From: Anolis carolinensis
Taxonomy: Eukaryota
Direction of reading: 5' to 3'
Length of the DNA: 64,000 bases
NCBI RefSeq assembly: GCF_035594765.1
Contig: NC_085843.1
Location: 185,791,971-185,855,970 of the forward strand
Shown: positions 37,692 to 49,429 of the stretch, piece by piece
Layout of the letters: each line of letters opens with the position of its first letter
How positions within the stretch are numbered: position 1 is the stretch's first letter
Position numbers and translations under genes: made by a program
The notes under the pieces: model-generated
Told to the model about the DNA's origin: nothing
Database searches by the model: none
Seen by the model: only the letters and a program-made list of their open reading frames with translations

Positions 37692-40234
37692 TATTAACCA
37701 ACTATATTACAGACTAACTGCAATTTCTATATTGGTTTGAGAAGATCTGGGAATTCGTCCTGAATCCTAATATGTTTATCCATTCAATACTGATTTCACA
37801 CAAAAGCATATTTTACTGTCCACTGGAGAAACATCCATTCTCTTTTCCTCCTTTAGCAGATATGGAGACAACCAAACTACTGGGCTTTTCCCAATACTGT
37901 AAGTCCACTGCGAAATATTTACCTACCACTTCATAGATAAAATTGTTCAGATTAACTCTCTCTTGAACATCAGTGTTGATACAGGTCTGCTGGATGTAAT
38001 TTTGGCCTTTGCTTATTACAATTAATGAATATTTTTTCTCCTGTGCTGCCTGAGGATGTGAATAGGATTCTTGAAGAGACAAGAGCCATCATGCATGTAC
38101 TATGCCCTTGCACATCTGGGCTTATTAAGCAGGCCAGAGGGGTATGGGAAGTGCCTGTTGCTTTTTTGTACAATGAGGCAGGATACCAATATGCTTGAAA
38201 GAAGCTATTGGAAGATTTCTTTGGGGGGGGGGGGGGACCTTCCCTAGATCTTACTATCTTAGTTGATATAGGCCAGTATACAACCAATTTCTTGGCAAGC
38301 TACTATAAAGTATGGTGACTTCCCAGCTCTAACCATTTCTTGATAAGATGAATTACCTAAACCAATTTTAGGCCTGTTTCGGAGCTGGTTATGGGATAGA
38401 GACAGTTTGGTCATCTTGGTGGACAAGCTATGCTAGGAACTGGACAGTGAATGTACCCTGTTGGTTCTGTTGGGACTTCTTAGTGGCATGCAGCAGCATT
38501 GATTACGTAGTATCCTTGTGGTTTTTAAATAGATGTTGAATGGCAAGCGATCAGGGATGCTTCACCCCGGATTCATATAATGGCAGAAAAAAAATGACCA
38601 AGATAACCCTGTGATCCTTTTCAACTCTATGAAGCTATGTGTAACAGCTTTTGCACATACTATTTTCTTTTTTGTCACTACTCCTCACATTTTTGTCTAT
38701 AATCCATAATGTATATGAAGCATATCTCAGTAAACAAAGCTTTTTTTTTTAACAAAGTCTCTTTATGCTCATTCATCTTCTGACTAGCTGGAATTCTTTT
38801 AACAGAATCAGGACTGGGAAGACAATGAAGAAGAGCTGGAGAAACAAGTTGGCTGTAGGTCTGTCTGCAATAAAAGATGCACTAAAATTTGAGCTGGGAG
38901 AATTAATTTAACAATTCTACTAAAAATGAGTATGTCTGCCTACCACAGGCAGGGTAGATTCCAGTTGTCCCAAGGATCCCTTATTGAACATGCATGAGCA
39001 GCCCAGCAGAGAGAAAGGGGGGGAAAGCAGGTAAGTTTGCCATACCAGCTACTTCTAGATCTTAAGTTTGGCCTCCAAAATCATAAGATAGGAGAAAGTG
39101 AGTGAAGAGTTCAAAATTATCCCTTGGATGCCTTTTGGAAGCAGCTTCTCTAGAAGGTTAACAATATTTTTGTTTAGTTATGCAAGGCTGAATTGTTTCA
39201 TTTCATAGAAACAGAATCAGCGAGTTGGAAGAGACCACAAGGGCCATCCAGTCCAACACTCTGCCATACAAGAACACACAACCAAAACAGTCCCAACATG
39301 TACATGCTGTTACTTCTGGACAAAAAAATGCTGAAATACATTTAAATGCTGGGTTTTTTTTGTGGAGTAGGAATCTATCCCTAGTCTTTCTATATTTCTG
39401 TAAAAATATCTAGAAATCCATCTACATTATCTGTGAAATGTAGTCAGTCTTCCATATTATCCATTGCTTGAAAATATTTTTAAAACATTCCAAAAACAAA
39501 TATTGATTTTTCCATTTTATATAAGGGACACCATTTTACTACTCATATCTGTAGTATGAATGCAAACATACTACAGTGACACATTCCTACTGCAGGATAA
39601 AGTAAACATACCAAAAACTAATACTGCTCCCAGTACCTCGCAGCTTCACTACTAGGTAGCATCTCAGCTGTATTAGACAGAATTTGAAATTGAGCACTTT
39701 ACTAGGAACAATTTAAATCTACTGCCCTTCAGAGAGACACATTTTTTTCAACAAGCTAGTTTAACAATTTCTGCTATTTCATTTCAAGCATGTGGGTTTA
39801 AGTTGCCCTTTTTTCTATTTTACAGTTTGTCACCTTGAACAACTCTCCAATGCAGGAGAGTTGAGAAAAACAGAAGTGAAATCCCAAATCCTAAGTCTTT
39901 GTGCCAAGTGTGTTTGATACAAGTTGCTATTCCCTAGGCTCCTAGTTGGTCCCCATTTCTTACCTAGCATAAGGAATTATATTATGAACCTATTTCACAA
40001 GACATCCTTGTAACGTTTGCTTTGCTGTCTGTGCCCGTTCTGAAGATTTCACCTCACTTTCTGTCTCTGTGATAATTGGACTTTGAAAAATGTGGTTTGT
40101 TGTGGAAACAAGGATTTGTAAGAAAGCTTCAGTGGAGACCCCTTTTCCCCATGATAACTCTTTCAGGAGTGAGTTTCCCTTCTGAAAGGTAGATTTATCT
40201 CACTTCCTGTTGTCACACCTTCATTTCTAACTAA

Positions 40235-41517
40235 GGCCCCTTCCACGCAGATGAATAAAATCCCACATTCTCTGCTTTGTACTGGGATATGTGGCAGCGT
40301 GGACTCAAGATAACCCAGTTCAAAGCAGGTATTGTGGGATGCTCTGTCTTGATATTCTGGAATATAGGGCTGTGTGGAATAGCCCTAAATTCACACTGAC
40401 ATATATTCCAGTTCAAAGCAGATAACATGGGATTTTATTCAGCTGTGTGGAAAGGGCCATGGTGTAATCTGGATTCAGAAAGTGCAGTGTAGATCCAGCC
40501 TAAAGGCTCTTCAACACTGCCCTTTCACACAGCCCTATATCCCAGCATATCAAGGCAGAAAATCACACAATATCTGTTTGGAAGTGGGTTATCTGAGTCC
40601 ACTGAATAAAACTGAATAAAATCCCACATTATCTAATTTGAACTGGAATATATGGCAGTGTGAACTCATATAACCCAGGGCCCTTCCACACAACCATATA
40701 TCCCAGAATATCAAGGCAGTGTGGACTCAGGCCCCTTCTGCACAGCTGAATAAAATCTCACAATATCTATTTTGGAAGGGGTCCTAGTTCAAAGCAGATA
40801 TTGTGGGATTTTCTGCCTTGATATTTTGATGGCGCTTTCACACAGCCCTATATCTCAATATCAAGGCAGAAAATCCCACAATATCTGGGTTACCTGAGGC
40901 CCCTTTCACACAGCTGAATAAAATCTCACATTATCTGCTTTGAACTGGAATATATGGCAGTGTGGACTCAGATATCCCAGTTCAATGCAGATATTGTGGG
41001 ATTTCCATGATATTCTGGGTTATATGGCGATGTGAAAAGGCCTTGGGTCCACACTCATTTTCTGCTTTGATATTCTGGGATATATGGCTGTGTAGAAGGG
41101 CCCTGAGTCCCCACTGCCAGGTAACTTGGGATCAACAGATAATCTGGGATCAGATCCTGGGATATAGGGGCAATGTGGAAGGGCTCTTAGGCGCCCCTAA
41201 ATGTGACAGATTATCTCACTCGACTGTTAAAGAGTTGCCATCTGACTCTCAATCCTGTGGCTTTACAGTTTGGTGAGGCCCAAGATCTTTTTGGAGGGAA
41301 CTGCCCACCCCAAGATTGTACAAGAGGAAGCAGGCGCAGAATGTGGAGTGGGAGAGCAACTCTGGGCCCTTCTACAAAAAATCATATAACCTAGAATATA
41401 AAGGCAGAATAACCCACAATATCTGCTTTGAACTGGGTTATCTGGGCTCCACACTTGCACATATCCTAGTTCAAAGCAGATAATGTGGGATTTTATTCAG
41501 CTGTGTGGAAGGGACCT
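40235..41517. repeat. Array of rearranged Harbinger-like MITE modules in TM9SF3 intron 1
   Basis: Many repeats of CCCTTCCACACAGC / GCTTTGAACTGG / GGCAGTGTGGACTCA in both orientations. Confidence 0.8.
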
Positions 41518-41549
41518 GAGTAGAACAGTGTGGAGATGGGAAGGAGACT

Positions 41550-42140
41550 GTTGCCTCGGCCAAGGCGGGGCGCCCTTTTTGAGGCCGAGCAGCCCTTAAG
41601 GGCAACGCCTCTGGGGCACGAGGAGCAGCTTCAAAGCGCGGAGATGGGAAAGCACGCGGGCCCTTGGCGCCTCTTGGGCCGCCGAGGAAGGGCTACGAGA
41701 CTGAGGGAAAGGTCCAGGGCGGGCGGGCGCGTCTCTCTGCAGGCCCGCCGCGGGGCTCACCGTGTGCTCATGTTCGTCGGCGCGACCTCGCACGACCAGC
41801 AGGGCCGCCACGCACCACAAGAACCCTGCCGGCGCCATCCCCGTCTCCGCCGAATAAAAGGAGGCGCCGCTTCCGCCGTTCCCGCCACGTCATCCGGGCG
41901 CACGCCGGAACCACCGCGACTTACGGCGGCCGAGAGCAGCCCAAAAGGCGACGAGGGCGAAGTGCTGCCCCTGCGCGATGGAGTGACGCGAAAGGGAGCG
42001 GTGGCGGGAGGGCAGGGCCATCCCAATCGTCTCTTCTGCGCCTGCGCCTCCAGCCCCGCAAGAGGATTCCATTGGGGTGAGGGAAGACCTCGTCCACACA
42101 GCGCCTTTAAAGCGCCATGGCGCTCCTTCGGCTGCCCTGA
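41550..42140 (-). promoter_or_regulatory. TM9SF3 CpG island/promoter
   Basis: CpG-rich around exon 1; GCCACGTCATC 41884-41894, CCAAT near 42023, NRF1-like TGCGCCTGCGC 42037-42047. Confidence 0.8.
41761..41838 (-). CDS. TM9SF3: TM9SF3 exon 1 (signal peptide + ADEHEHT)
   Basis: MAPAGFLWCVAALLVVRGRADEHEHT|GTGAGC, 78 nt, in CpG island. Confidence 0.93.
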
Positions 42141-42154
42141 ATCCTGATATCTAA

Positions 42155-44355
42155 GCCCCCTTACACACAGTTGAATAAAATCCCACATGTTGTGTTATGA
42201 ACTGGAATATATGGCAGTGTGGACTCGGATAACCCAGTTCAAAGCAAATACAGTAGAGTCTCACTTATCCAAGTCAAACGGGCCGGCAGAAGCTTGGATA
42301 AGCGAATATCTTGGATAATAAGGAGGGATTAATGAAAAGCCTATTAAACATCAAATTAGGTTATGATTTTACAAATTATGCACCAAAACATGTTATACAA
42401 TACATTTGACAGAAAAAGTACAGTAGAGTCTCACTTATCCAACATAAACGGGCCGGCAGAACGTTGGATAAGTGAATATGTTGGATAATAAGGAAAAGCC
42501 TATTAAACATCAAATTAGGTTATGATTTTACAAATTAAGCACCAAAACATCGTTATACAACAAATTTGACAGAAAAAGTAGTTCAATACGCAGGAATTTT
42601 ATGTTGTAATTACTGTATTTACGAATTTAGCACCAAAATATCACGATGTTTTGAAATCCTTGACTACAAAAATGCGTTGGATAATCCAGAACGTTGGATA
42701 ATCGAGTGTTGGATAAGTGAGACTCTACTGTAGTTCAATACGCAGTAATGTTATGTTGTAATTACTGTATTTACAAATTTAGCACCAAAATATCATGATA
42801 TATTGAAAACATTGACTACAAAAATGGCTTGGATGATCCAGAAGCTTGGGTAAGCGAGGCTTGGATAAGTGAGACTCAACTGTATTGTGGGATTTTCTGT
42901 TTTGATATTCAGAGATATGGGACTGTGGAAGGCCCTTAGATAACCCAGTTCAAAGCAGATATTGTGGATTATTTGCCTTGATATTCTGGGTTATAGGGCC
43001 CTAAGGGCCCTTCCACACAGCTGAATAAAATTCCACATTTTCTGCTTTGAACTGGAATATATGGCAGTGTGGACTCATAACCCAGGGCCCTTCCACACAG
43101 CCATATAACCGAGAATATCAAGGCAGATAATTCCTCAATATCTGCTTTGAACTGGATTATCTGTGTCCATACTGTCATATATTCCAGTTCAAAGCAGAAA
43201 ATGTGGAATTTTATTCAGCTGTGTGGAAGGGCCCCCAGATAACCCAGTTCAAAGCAGATACTGTGAGATTTTCTGCCTTGATATTCTGGGATATAGGGAT
43301 GTGTGGAAGGGCCCTGAGTCGACACTGCCATATAATCACATTCTATGTGGATTTTATACAGCTGCATGGAAGGGTCCTAAGAAACATAATTTTTGTTCCT
43401 GGGTTATAAATGTCATTTCTTAATGGGTTCTGTCATAAAAACAGAAAAACTGTGTTAACTTGCAAAAAAGACATTAATTTTAAAAGAAATAATTTCTAAA
43501 ATTGTGAACAATCAAAGAATTTTAGGCAGTGAATACATTTTTAAATCTCCATTAGAGGTACACTTTCAATTCATTGATTGAAATTTCATGAAAAAACAGG
43601 GGCCCCTTCCACAGAACAGTATAAAATCCACATTGAACTAGATCATATGGCAGTGTGGAATCAGGGCCCTTCCACATAGCCATATAACCCATCATAGCAA
43701 GGCAGATAATTCACAGTATCTGCTTTGAATTGGGTTATGTGAGTCCACATTGCCGTATAGCCCAGTTCAATGTGGATTTTATACAACTCTGTGGAAGGGG
43801 CCTCAGATAATCCAGTTCAAAGCAAATATTGTGGGTTATATGGTTGTGTGGAAGGGGCCTCCGGGTGCTTTGACAGCATCAAACTACAGGTTAAAACAGT
43901 GGATTTAAAAGTCCCAGGACCTGGCAGCAAGTACATTCACAGGCCCCTTCTACACTGCCATATAATCCAGTTCAAAGCCGATGATCTGGATTTTATATGG
44001 CAGTGAAGAAGGGGCCACACATCTGTCAGTCCCGGGAAATGGTCCCCGCCATCCTCACGCCTTCTTTTACAAATCCACAAGATGGATGGGTGGCATCCAG
44101 TGGGAGTTTTCTTGTTTTTTAATTCTCTCCAAGATGCACTGGTCTTCATATGTGCTCATGCAGAGATCCCAATGTATGCACAAGCAGATTTCTTATTCTT
44201 TCTCCTCACCCAAACTCTGGGTCCTTCCACACATATAACCCAGACTATCAGGGCAGATGATCCACAATATCAGCTTTGAACTGGGTTATCTGAGTCCATA
44301 TTGCCATATAATTCCATTCAATGTAGATTTAAAATAGCTGTGTGGAAGGGGCCTC
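42155..44355. repeat. Array of rearranged Harbinger-like MITE modules upstream of TM9SF3
   Basis: Same modules as 40235-41517, with short unique gaps. Confidence 0.8.
42251..42882 (-). mobile_element. Family A MITE with a second family A copy (42421-42730) nested inside
   Basis: Both copies have TIRs and TA TSDs; inner copy splits consensus AGAAAAAGTA|GTTCAATAC. Confidence 0.92.
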
Positions 44356-44575
44356 TGTTTAATATCAAGGTCAGAACAAAGTAATGGTTGCAGAGAGTTC
44401 TAATTGTACTTGCTTTACAACTCTGCTTCTGTTTAGCCACCTGTGTGCCTGTGGCTCCTTTTTTTGACAGCCCTGATCAGCTGTTTTGGGCTTTCAGATC
44501 GCACACAGGTGCTGGAACAATCCACACAAGGGTATAAAAGGGAAGTCACGTGTTTTCAATGACTGCAGGGTTATA

Positions 44576-44898
44576 GTAAAGTTTTTCCCCTGACATTAAG
44601 TCCAGTCGTGACTGACTCTGGGGGTTGGTGCTCATCTCCATTTCTAAACCGAAGAGCCAGCGTTGTCCATAGACACCTCTAAGGTCATGTGGCCGGCATG
44701 ACTGCATGGAGAGCTGTTACCTTCCCGCCGAAGCGGTACCTATTGATCTACTCACATTTGCATGTTTTCGAACTGCTAGGTTGGCAGAGCTGGGGCTAAC
44801 AGCGGGCGCTCATTCCGCTCACGGGATTTGAACCTGGGACCTTTTGGTCCGCAAGTTCAGCAGCTCAGCGCTTTAACACACTATGCCACCAGGGGCCC
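44576..44898 (-). mobile_element. Sauria-type SINE, near full length
   Basis: Homologous to 24814 copy; 13-bp TSD ctgcaggg(t/a)tata. Confidence 0.9.
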
Positions 44899-45172
44899 CT
44901 GCAGGGATATACAGTCATGTAAATATGCACATTTTTTGGCCAGAAGCTAGTTTAAGCGCACATTTTAAACATACTTTTCAGCTATTAACCCAATTCTGCC
45001 CTCACCTTCCTGAAATGTCATTTAGCCACCCCCTTTTATCCTTGTTTCTTCTGAGTTTTTGGACATGTGTAGAAGTGTCCTAAGGTAACAACAGCAGAAA
45101 CAGCAGGCATTCTTAAAGCGGTCACACTACAGAATGGATACATAAGATCTTCAAGACATACAGTGTAAATAT

Positions 45173-45178
45173 TTTAAT
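45173..45178 (-). terminator. Candidate distal poly(A) signal of PIK3AP1 (proximal AATAAA at 47839-47844)
   Basis: Minus-strand ATTAAA in AU-rich context (TATTTGTAAAAATTAAAATATTTAC) followed by TGTATGTCTTG. Confidence 0.4.
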
Positions 45179-46104
45179 TTTACAAATATAAACATAATAA
45201 TATAGAATTATACAGAATGACCAGGCAGATAATTCCAATTCTGAGCAATCACATATTCTGTAGGGTGTCAAGCACATATTCAAGGAAGATGGCTGCATTT
45301 ATAATACTCTAGTGTCGCCTACACAAAGGAAACATAATACAAATTGCATTTCTTTTTTTAAAAAAACAACCTCTTGAGCTATTGAGAAGATTCAACCTTT
45401 AACTCTGTTTTAGCAAAGACATTAAAAATCCTGTTCACAAGGGGGTATCATTAAATTGGTCATATTCTGTATTGTTTCAAGGCTCAGCTGTGGCTTGTAA
45501 ACAATCCTGGAGCTGGAAAAATGGTCCTCGATCCCAAAAGCTTGGCATCTTTGCCCTACAGCATGACATACCCCCCTCCATCTGTCATTTGTGAGTGCTG
45601 GAGGAAAAATGAACAGCATACTAAAGGTAGACTTTTCCCACATTCTTATGACTGAAATGGATACTGCGCATCAGAGGACATACACAGAAATGTCTGGGAT
45701 TTGTGAGTGTCTTGATATATCGTTCTGCTCTCTGGATATCTTTCATTTTTACACTGCAGTCTACAGCTGTCATACGGTCCAAGTGAATGAGTCTGATGCA
45801 GAGGAGAGTCAGTTCATTGGTGTGTGTGGAAGTAAAGCAGATAATAGCCTCCTTTTTCTCTGATGAAATAATATCTTGCAATAGGATGTACTGTAACAGT
45901 GATAGCTGGTAACTGCTAGTGGCAAAATGAGAACCAACAAAGGGGTATAACCAGAAGAGACTTCTCTGGCATTCAGGAAACCATTAGAAGGCTGACATAA
46001 AACTGACCCTTCATGCTTATAAGACAGTGCAAAAAGTTATAAACAAACTGCTACAATAATAGTAATAATAATCTAATTTGGACATTCTATGTATTACTTT
46101 ATAG

Positions 46105-46350
46105 CAGGGCTTCTTAAACTTTTCCACTCAGGATCCCTTCCTGCTTGAGAAATTTTCACATGACCCCCCAGGTACATAGGTATTTAAAATCTGTCTAAAA
46201 TCAACATTTAAAGATAACAAATCGGTATTTGCAAGACTTGCTAACCAGGTTGATTTTCCTGCACAACAGATTTATTTAAAAGTTTAAAACAGCTCAGAAA
46301 ACTTTTACTGTTGCCAAATGTTTCATGACCCCACAGTTCAAGAAGCAGTG
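46105..46350. mobile_element. hAT MITE
   Basis: Perfect 8-bp TSD ctttatag; TIR CAGGGCTTCTTAAACT/AGTTCAAGAAGCAGTG. Confidence 0.8.
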
Positions 46351-46384
46351 CTTTATAGGACAGGAGGTAGATAATAAATATGTA

Positions 46385-46703
46385 AAGTAGAGTCTCGCTT
46401 ATCCAACCTTCACTTATCCGACATTCTGTATTATCCAACGCAGTTTGCCTTTTAGTAGTCAATGTTTTTGTAGTCAATTTTTCAATACATTGCGAAGTTT
46501 TGGTGCTGAATTTGTAAATACAGTAATTATTACATAATGTTATGTGTTGAACTGCTTGTTGTAAAACATGTTTTGGTGCTTAATTTGTAAAATCATAGCG
46601 TAATTTGACGTTTAATAGGCTTTTCTTTAATCCCTCCTTATTATCCAACATTTTTGCTTATCCAATGTTCTGCTGGTTATGTTGGATAAGTGAGACTCTA
46701 CTG
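46385..46703 (+). mobile_element. Tc1/pogo MITE, family A
   Basis: TIRs and TA TSD. Confidence 0.88.
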
Positions 46704-47086
46704 TATAAGCTTAAAGTAGCTGTTCGGAATGATTAATTCCTCATGTTTTTGTTGCTCATTTGATTATATCAAAAGTAGACTTCCATTGCCATTTGTCTGA
46801 TAGCACAATAGTATGTCCAGATCACTTTATATTTTCGGAGATGTGAGAGTTCTTCTAAGGGCTTTTCCACACAGCTATATAACTCAATATCAAGGCAGAT
46901 AATCCACAGTATTTGCTTTGAATTGGGTTATCTGAGCCTACACTGCCATATAATCCAGTTCAATGTGGATTTTATACAGCTGTGTGGAAGGGGTCCCAAT
47001 CCTCCAGGGAATGAGATGTGACCTTGAGAATGACCTGCATATTTTTTTCCAAATTATTTCTCTCTTTTGTAAAATTATTTTAGCAT

Positions 47087-47261
47087 AAAAGGTAAAGGTT
47101 TCTCCTGACGTTAAGTCCAGTCATGTCTGACTCTGGGGGTTGGTGCTCATCTCCATTTCTAAGCCAAAGAGCCGGTTCCACTCCCGGGATTTGAACCTGC
47201 GACCTTTTGGTCTGCAAGTTCAGCAGCTCAGTGCTTTAACACACTTCGCCACCGGGGCTCC
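47087..47261 (-). mobile_element. Internally deleted Sauria-type SINE
   Basis: Head and tail retained, middle missing; TSD ta(t/c)tttagcata. Confidence 0.8.
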
Positions 47262-47791
47262 TACTTTAGCATAGGTGCCTGTTTTTAATATACCAAGTGC
47301 CAAAAATTCATATTGTAAACCATTTTTGGGATGTTTGTGTGGAAATGTGCCTTTAAGTCATCTGTCAATTTATGGAAAACCCATGGATTTTATTTGTTCA
47401 TATGTAGAACGTATCCTAGAAAACACTGCTCAATGTTGCTGTATCAGTTTAGCAATCTGACATTTAGGCTGGATCTACACTGTCTTATAATCCAGTTTCT
47501 AAATGCAGATTGTTTTTGTTGAACTGAATTATATGAGTCTACACTGCCATATAATCCAGTTCAAAGCAGATAATATGGATTCAGAAACTTAGTTATATGG
47601 CAGTGTAGATGGGGCCTCAGAATCATTGTTTAAAACATTTAGGAAGATTTTAATTGATTTGCTCATGTTCAAGACACAGTAATCTGTCAATTTATGGAGA
47701 TCTGTCACTCCATCATGAAAATTCCAGGTTTTTTACAATACAGTTTTATGTCTCATTTGTAGATGTACCAAAAAGATTTTATGCTTTTGTG

Positions 47792-47796
<5 letters not shown>

Positions 47797-47830
<34 letters not shown>
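47797..47830. repeat. (TG)n microsatellite (others: (GT)n about 19192, (CA)n about 27169, (CAA)n about 49113)
   Basis: Directly visible. Confidence 0.95.
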
Positions 47831-47833
<3 letters not shown>

Positions 47834-48169
47834 CCATTTTTATTATGAAAGGCATTGTTCAGAAAATAATCAAGGCACCTTTGGTCTGGCATTGCTTGGA
47901 AAAGTGAATACAGTTTCTATTAAGTTACATTGGTATGATTTGTGTGCATGCACTATAACGTACTGAAAAGCCACTTCTGTTTGCAGTCTCCAGGTTTTTT
48001 TTCTCCTTTCAACCTTGGCTCTGTTTTAAGCCATTGGCTGTGCCAAAGTTATTCATTTCACTGAGGGAAAAGAGATCTGATGCTGAAGAGAGTTGTATCA
48101 GTCACTCAAATGCCATCCTTATGAATCCAAGTCATACTTTCCTACATTCAAGTTGTATGAAATGAAGAT

Positions 48170-48236
48170 TTAGCGTGGCATTTCACGACCTCTGGGGGGC
48201 ACCGGTGGAGCGTGGAAATTGTCAGCGCTGAGAGGC
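48170..48236 (-). CDS. PIK3AP1: PIK3AP1 last coding exon
   Basis: TAG|(R)PLSADNFHAPPVPPRGREMPR-TAA. Confidence 0.9.
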
Positions 48237-48446
48237 CTACAACAAAATATTTTAAATGTCAAGAATAACAATAGTTCTCACTAGTACATGTATGTGTGTC
48301 TGGTAGTTTGAACATTGGACTGTGACCAGGGTTCAATCCCCACTTGCCCATGAAACCCCACTAGATGACCTGAGGCAAATCACACCCTTCCAGAGGAAGG
48401 TAAAGGCAGACATGAAAGAAATGATGACTCCAAAACATGCATGTTG

Positions 48447-48667
48447 TGTTGTCGAAGGCTTTCATGGCCGGAATCACTGGATTGCTGTGAGTTTTCCAGG
48501 CTGTATGGCCATATTCCAGAAGCATTCTCTCCTGATGTTTCACCCACATCTATGTTTCCAACAGACCTCACAACCTCGTGAGGATGCCTGCCATAGATGT
48601 GAACGAAATGTCAGGAGAGAATGCTTCTGGAACATGGCCATACTGCCTGGAAAACTCACAGTAACCC
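48447..48667. mobile_element. Short Penelope-like insertion with inverted structure and degenerate hammerhead motif; another fragment at 49530-49700
   Basis: Homologous to 4412-4971; degenerate TSD catgcatgttg/tatggatgttg. Confidence 0.75.
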
Positions 48668-48695
48668 ATATGGATGTTGATCTGATTGCTTAGAC

Positions 48696-49111
48696 CAGGG
48701 GTCCCCAAACTAAGGCCCGGGGGCCGGATGCGGCCCTCCAAGGTCATTTACCTGGCCCCCGCCCTCAGTTTTATAATATAATATATTGTCTATACATATA
48801 ATATTGACAATAATATTATAATGTAATACAATATAACACTAATAATAATACCATACAATAGTATTAATTATATATTATATATTACTAATAAAATTACAGT
48901 ATAGTAGTATAGTTCAATATAGCAATATATAATGCTAATAGTCTGCTATGCTAATAATATAACATATTGTATGTACATATAATTTGTAAGCCACTCTGAA
49001 TCCCCTTTGGGGTGAGAAGGGCGTGATACAAATGTAGTAAATAAATATAGTAAATAAATAAATAAATTTTAGACTTAGGCTCGCCCAAAGTCTGAAATGA
49101 CTTGAAGGCAC

Positions 49112-49143
<32 letters not shown>

Positions 49144-49429
49144 CCTAATTAACTTGACTATCTCATTGGCCATAAGCAGGCCCACACTTCCCATTGAAAT
49201 CCTGATAAATGTATGTTGGTTAAAATTGTTTTTATTTTTAAATATTGTATTGCTTTTTCATTCTTATTTCATTGTTCTTGTTCTTGTCGTTGTTTTTGCA
49301 CTACAAATAAGACATGTGTAGTGTACATCGGAATTTGTTTGTATTTTTTTTTTCAAATGATAATTTGGCCCCTCAACAGTTTGAAGGATTGTGGACTGGC
49401 CCTCTGCATAAAAAGTTTGGGGACCCCTG
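48696..49429 (+). mobile_element. Non-autonomous hAT element
   Basis: TIR CAGGGGTCCCCAAACT, perfect 8-bp TSD gcttagac. Confidence 0.92.

Noticed and set aside
41530-42188. 205-, 138- and 143-aa ORFs over the TM9SF3 promoter
   Set aside because: Arg/Gly/Pro-rich shadow ORFs of a CpG island; only 41761-41838 is supported as coding.
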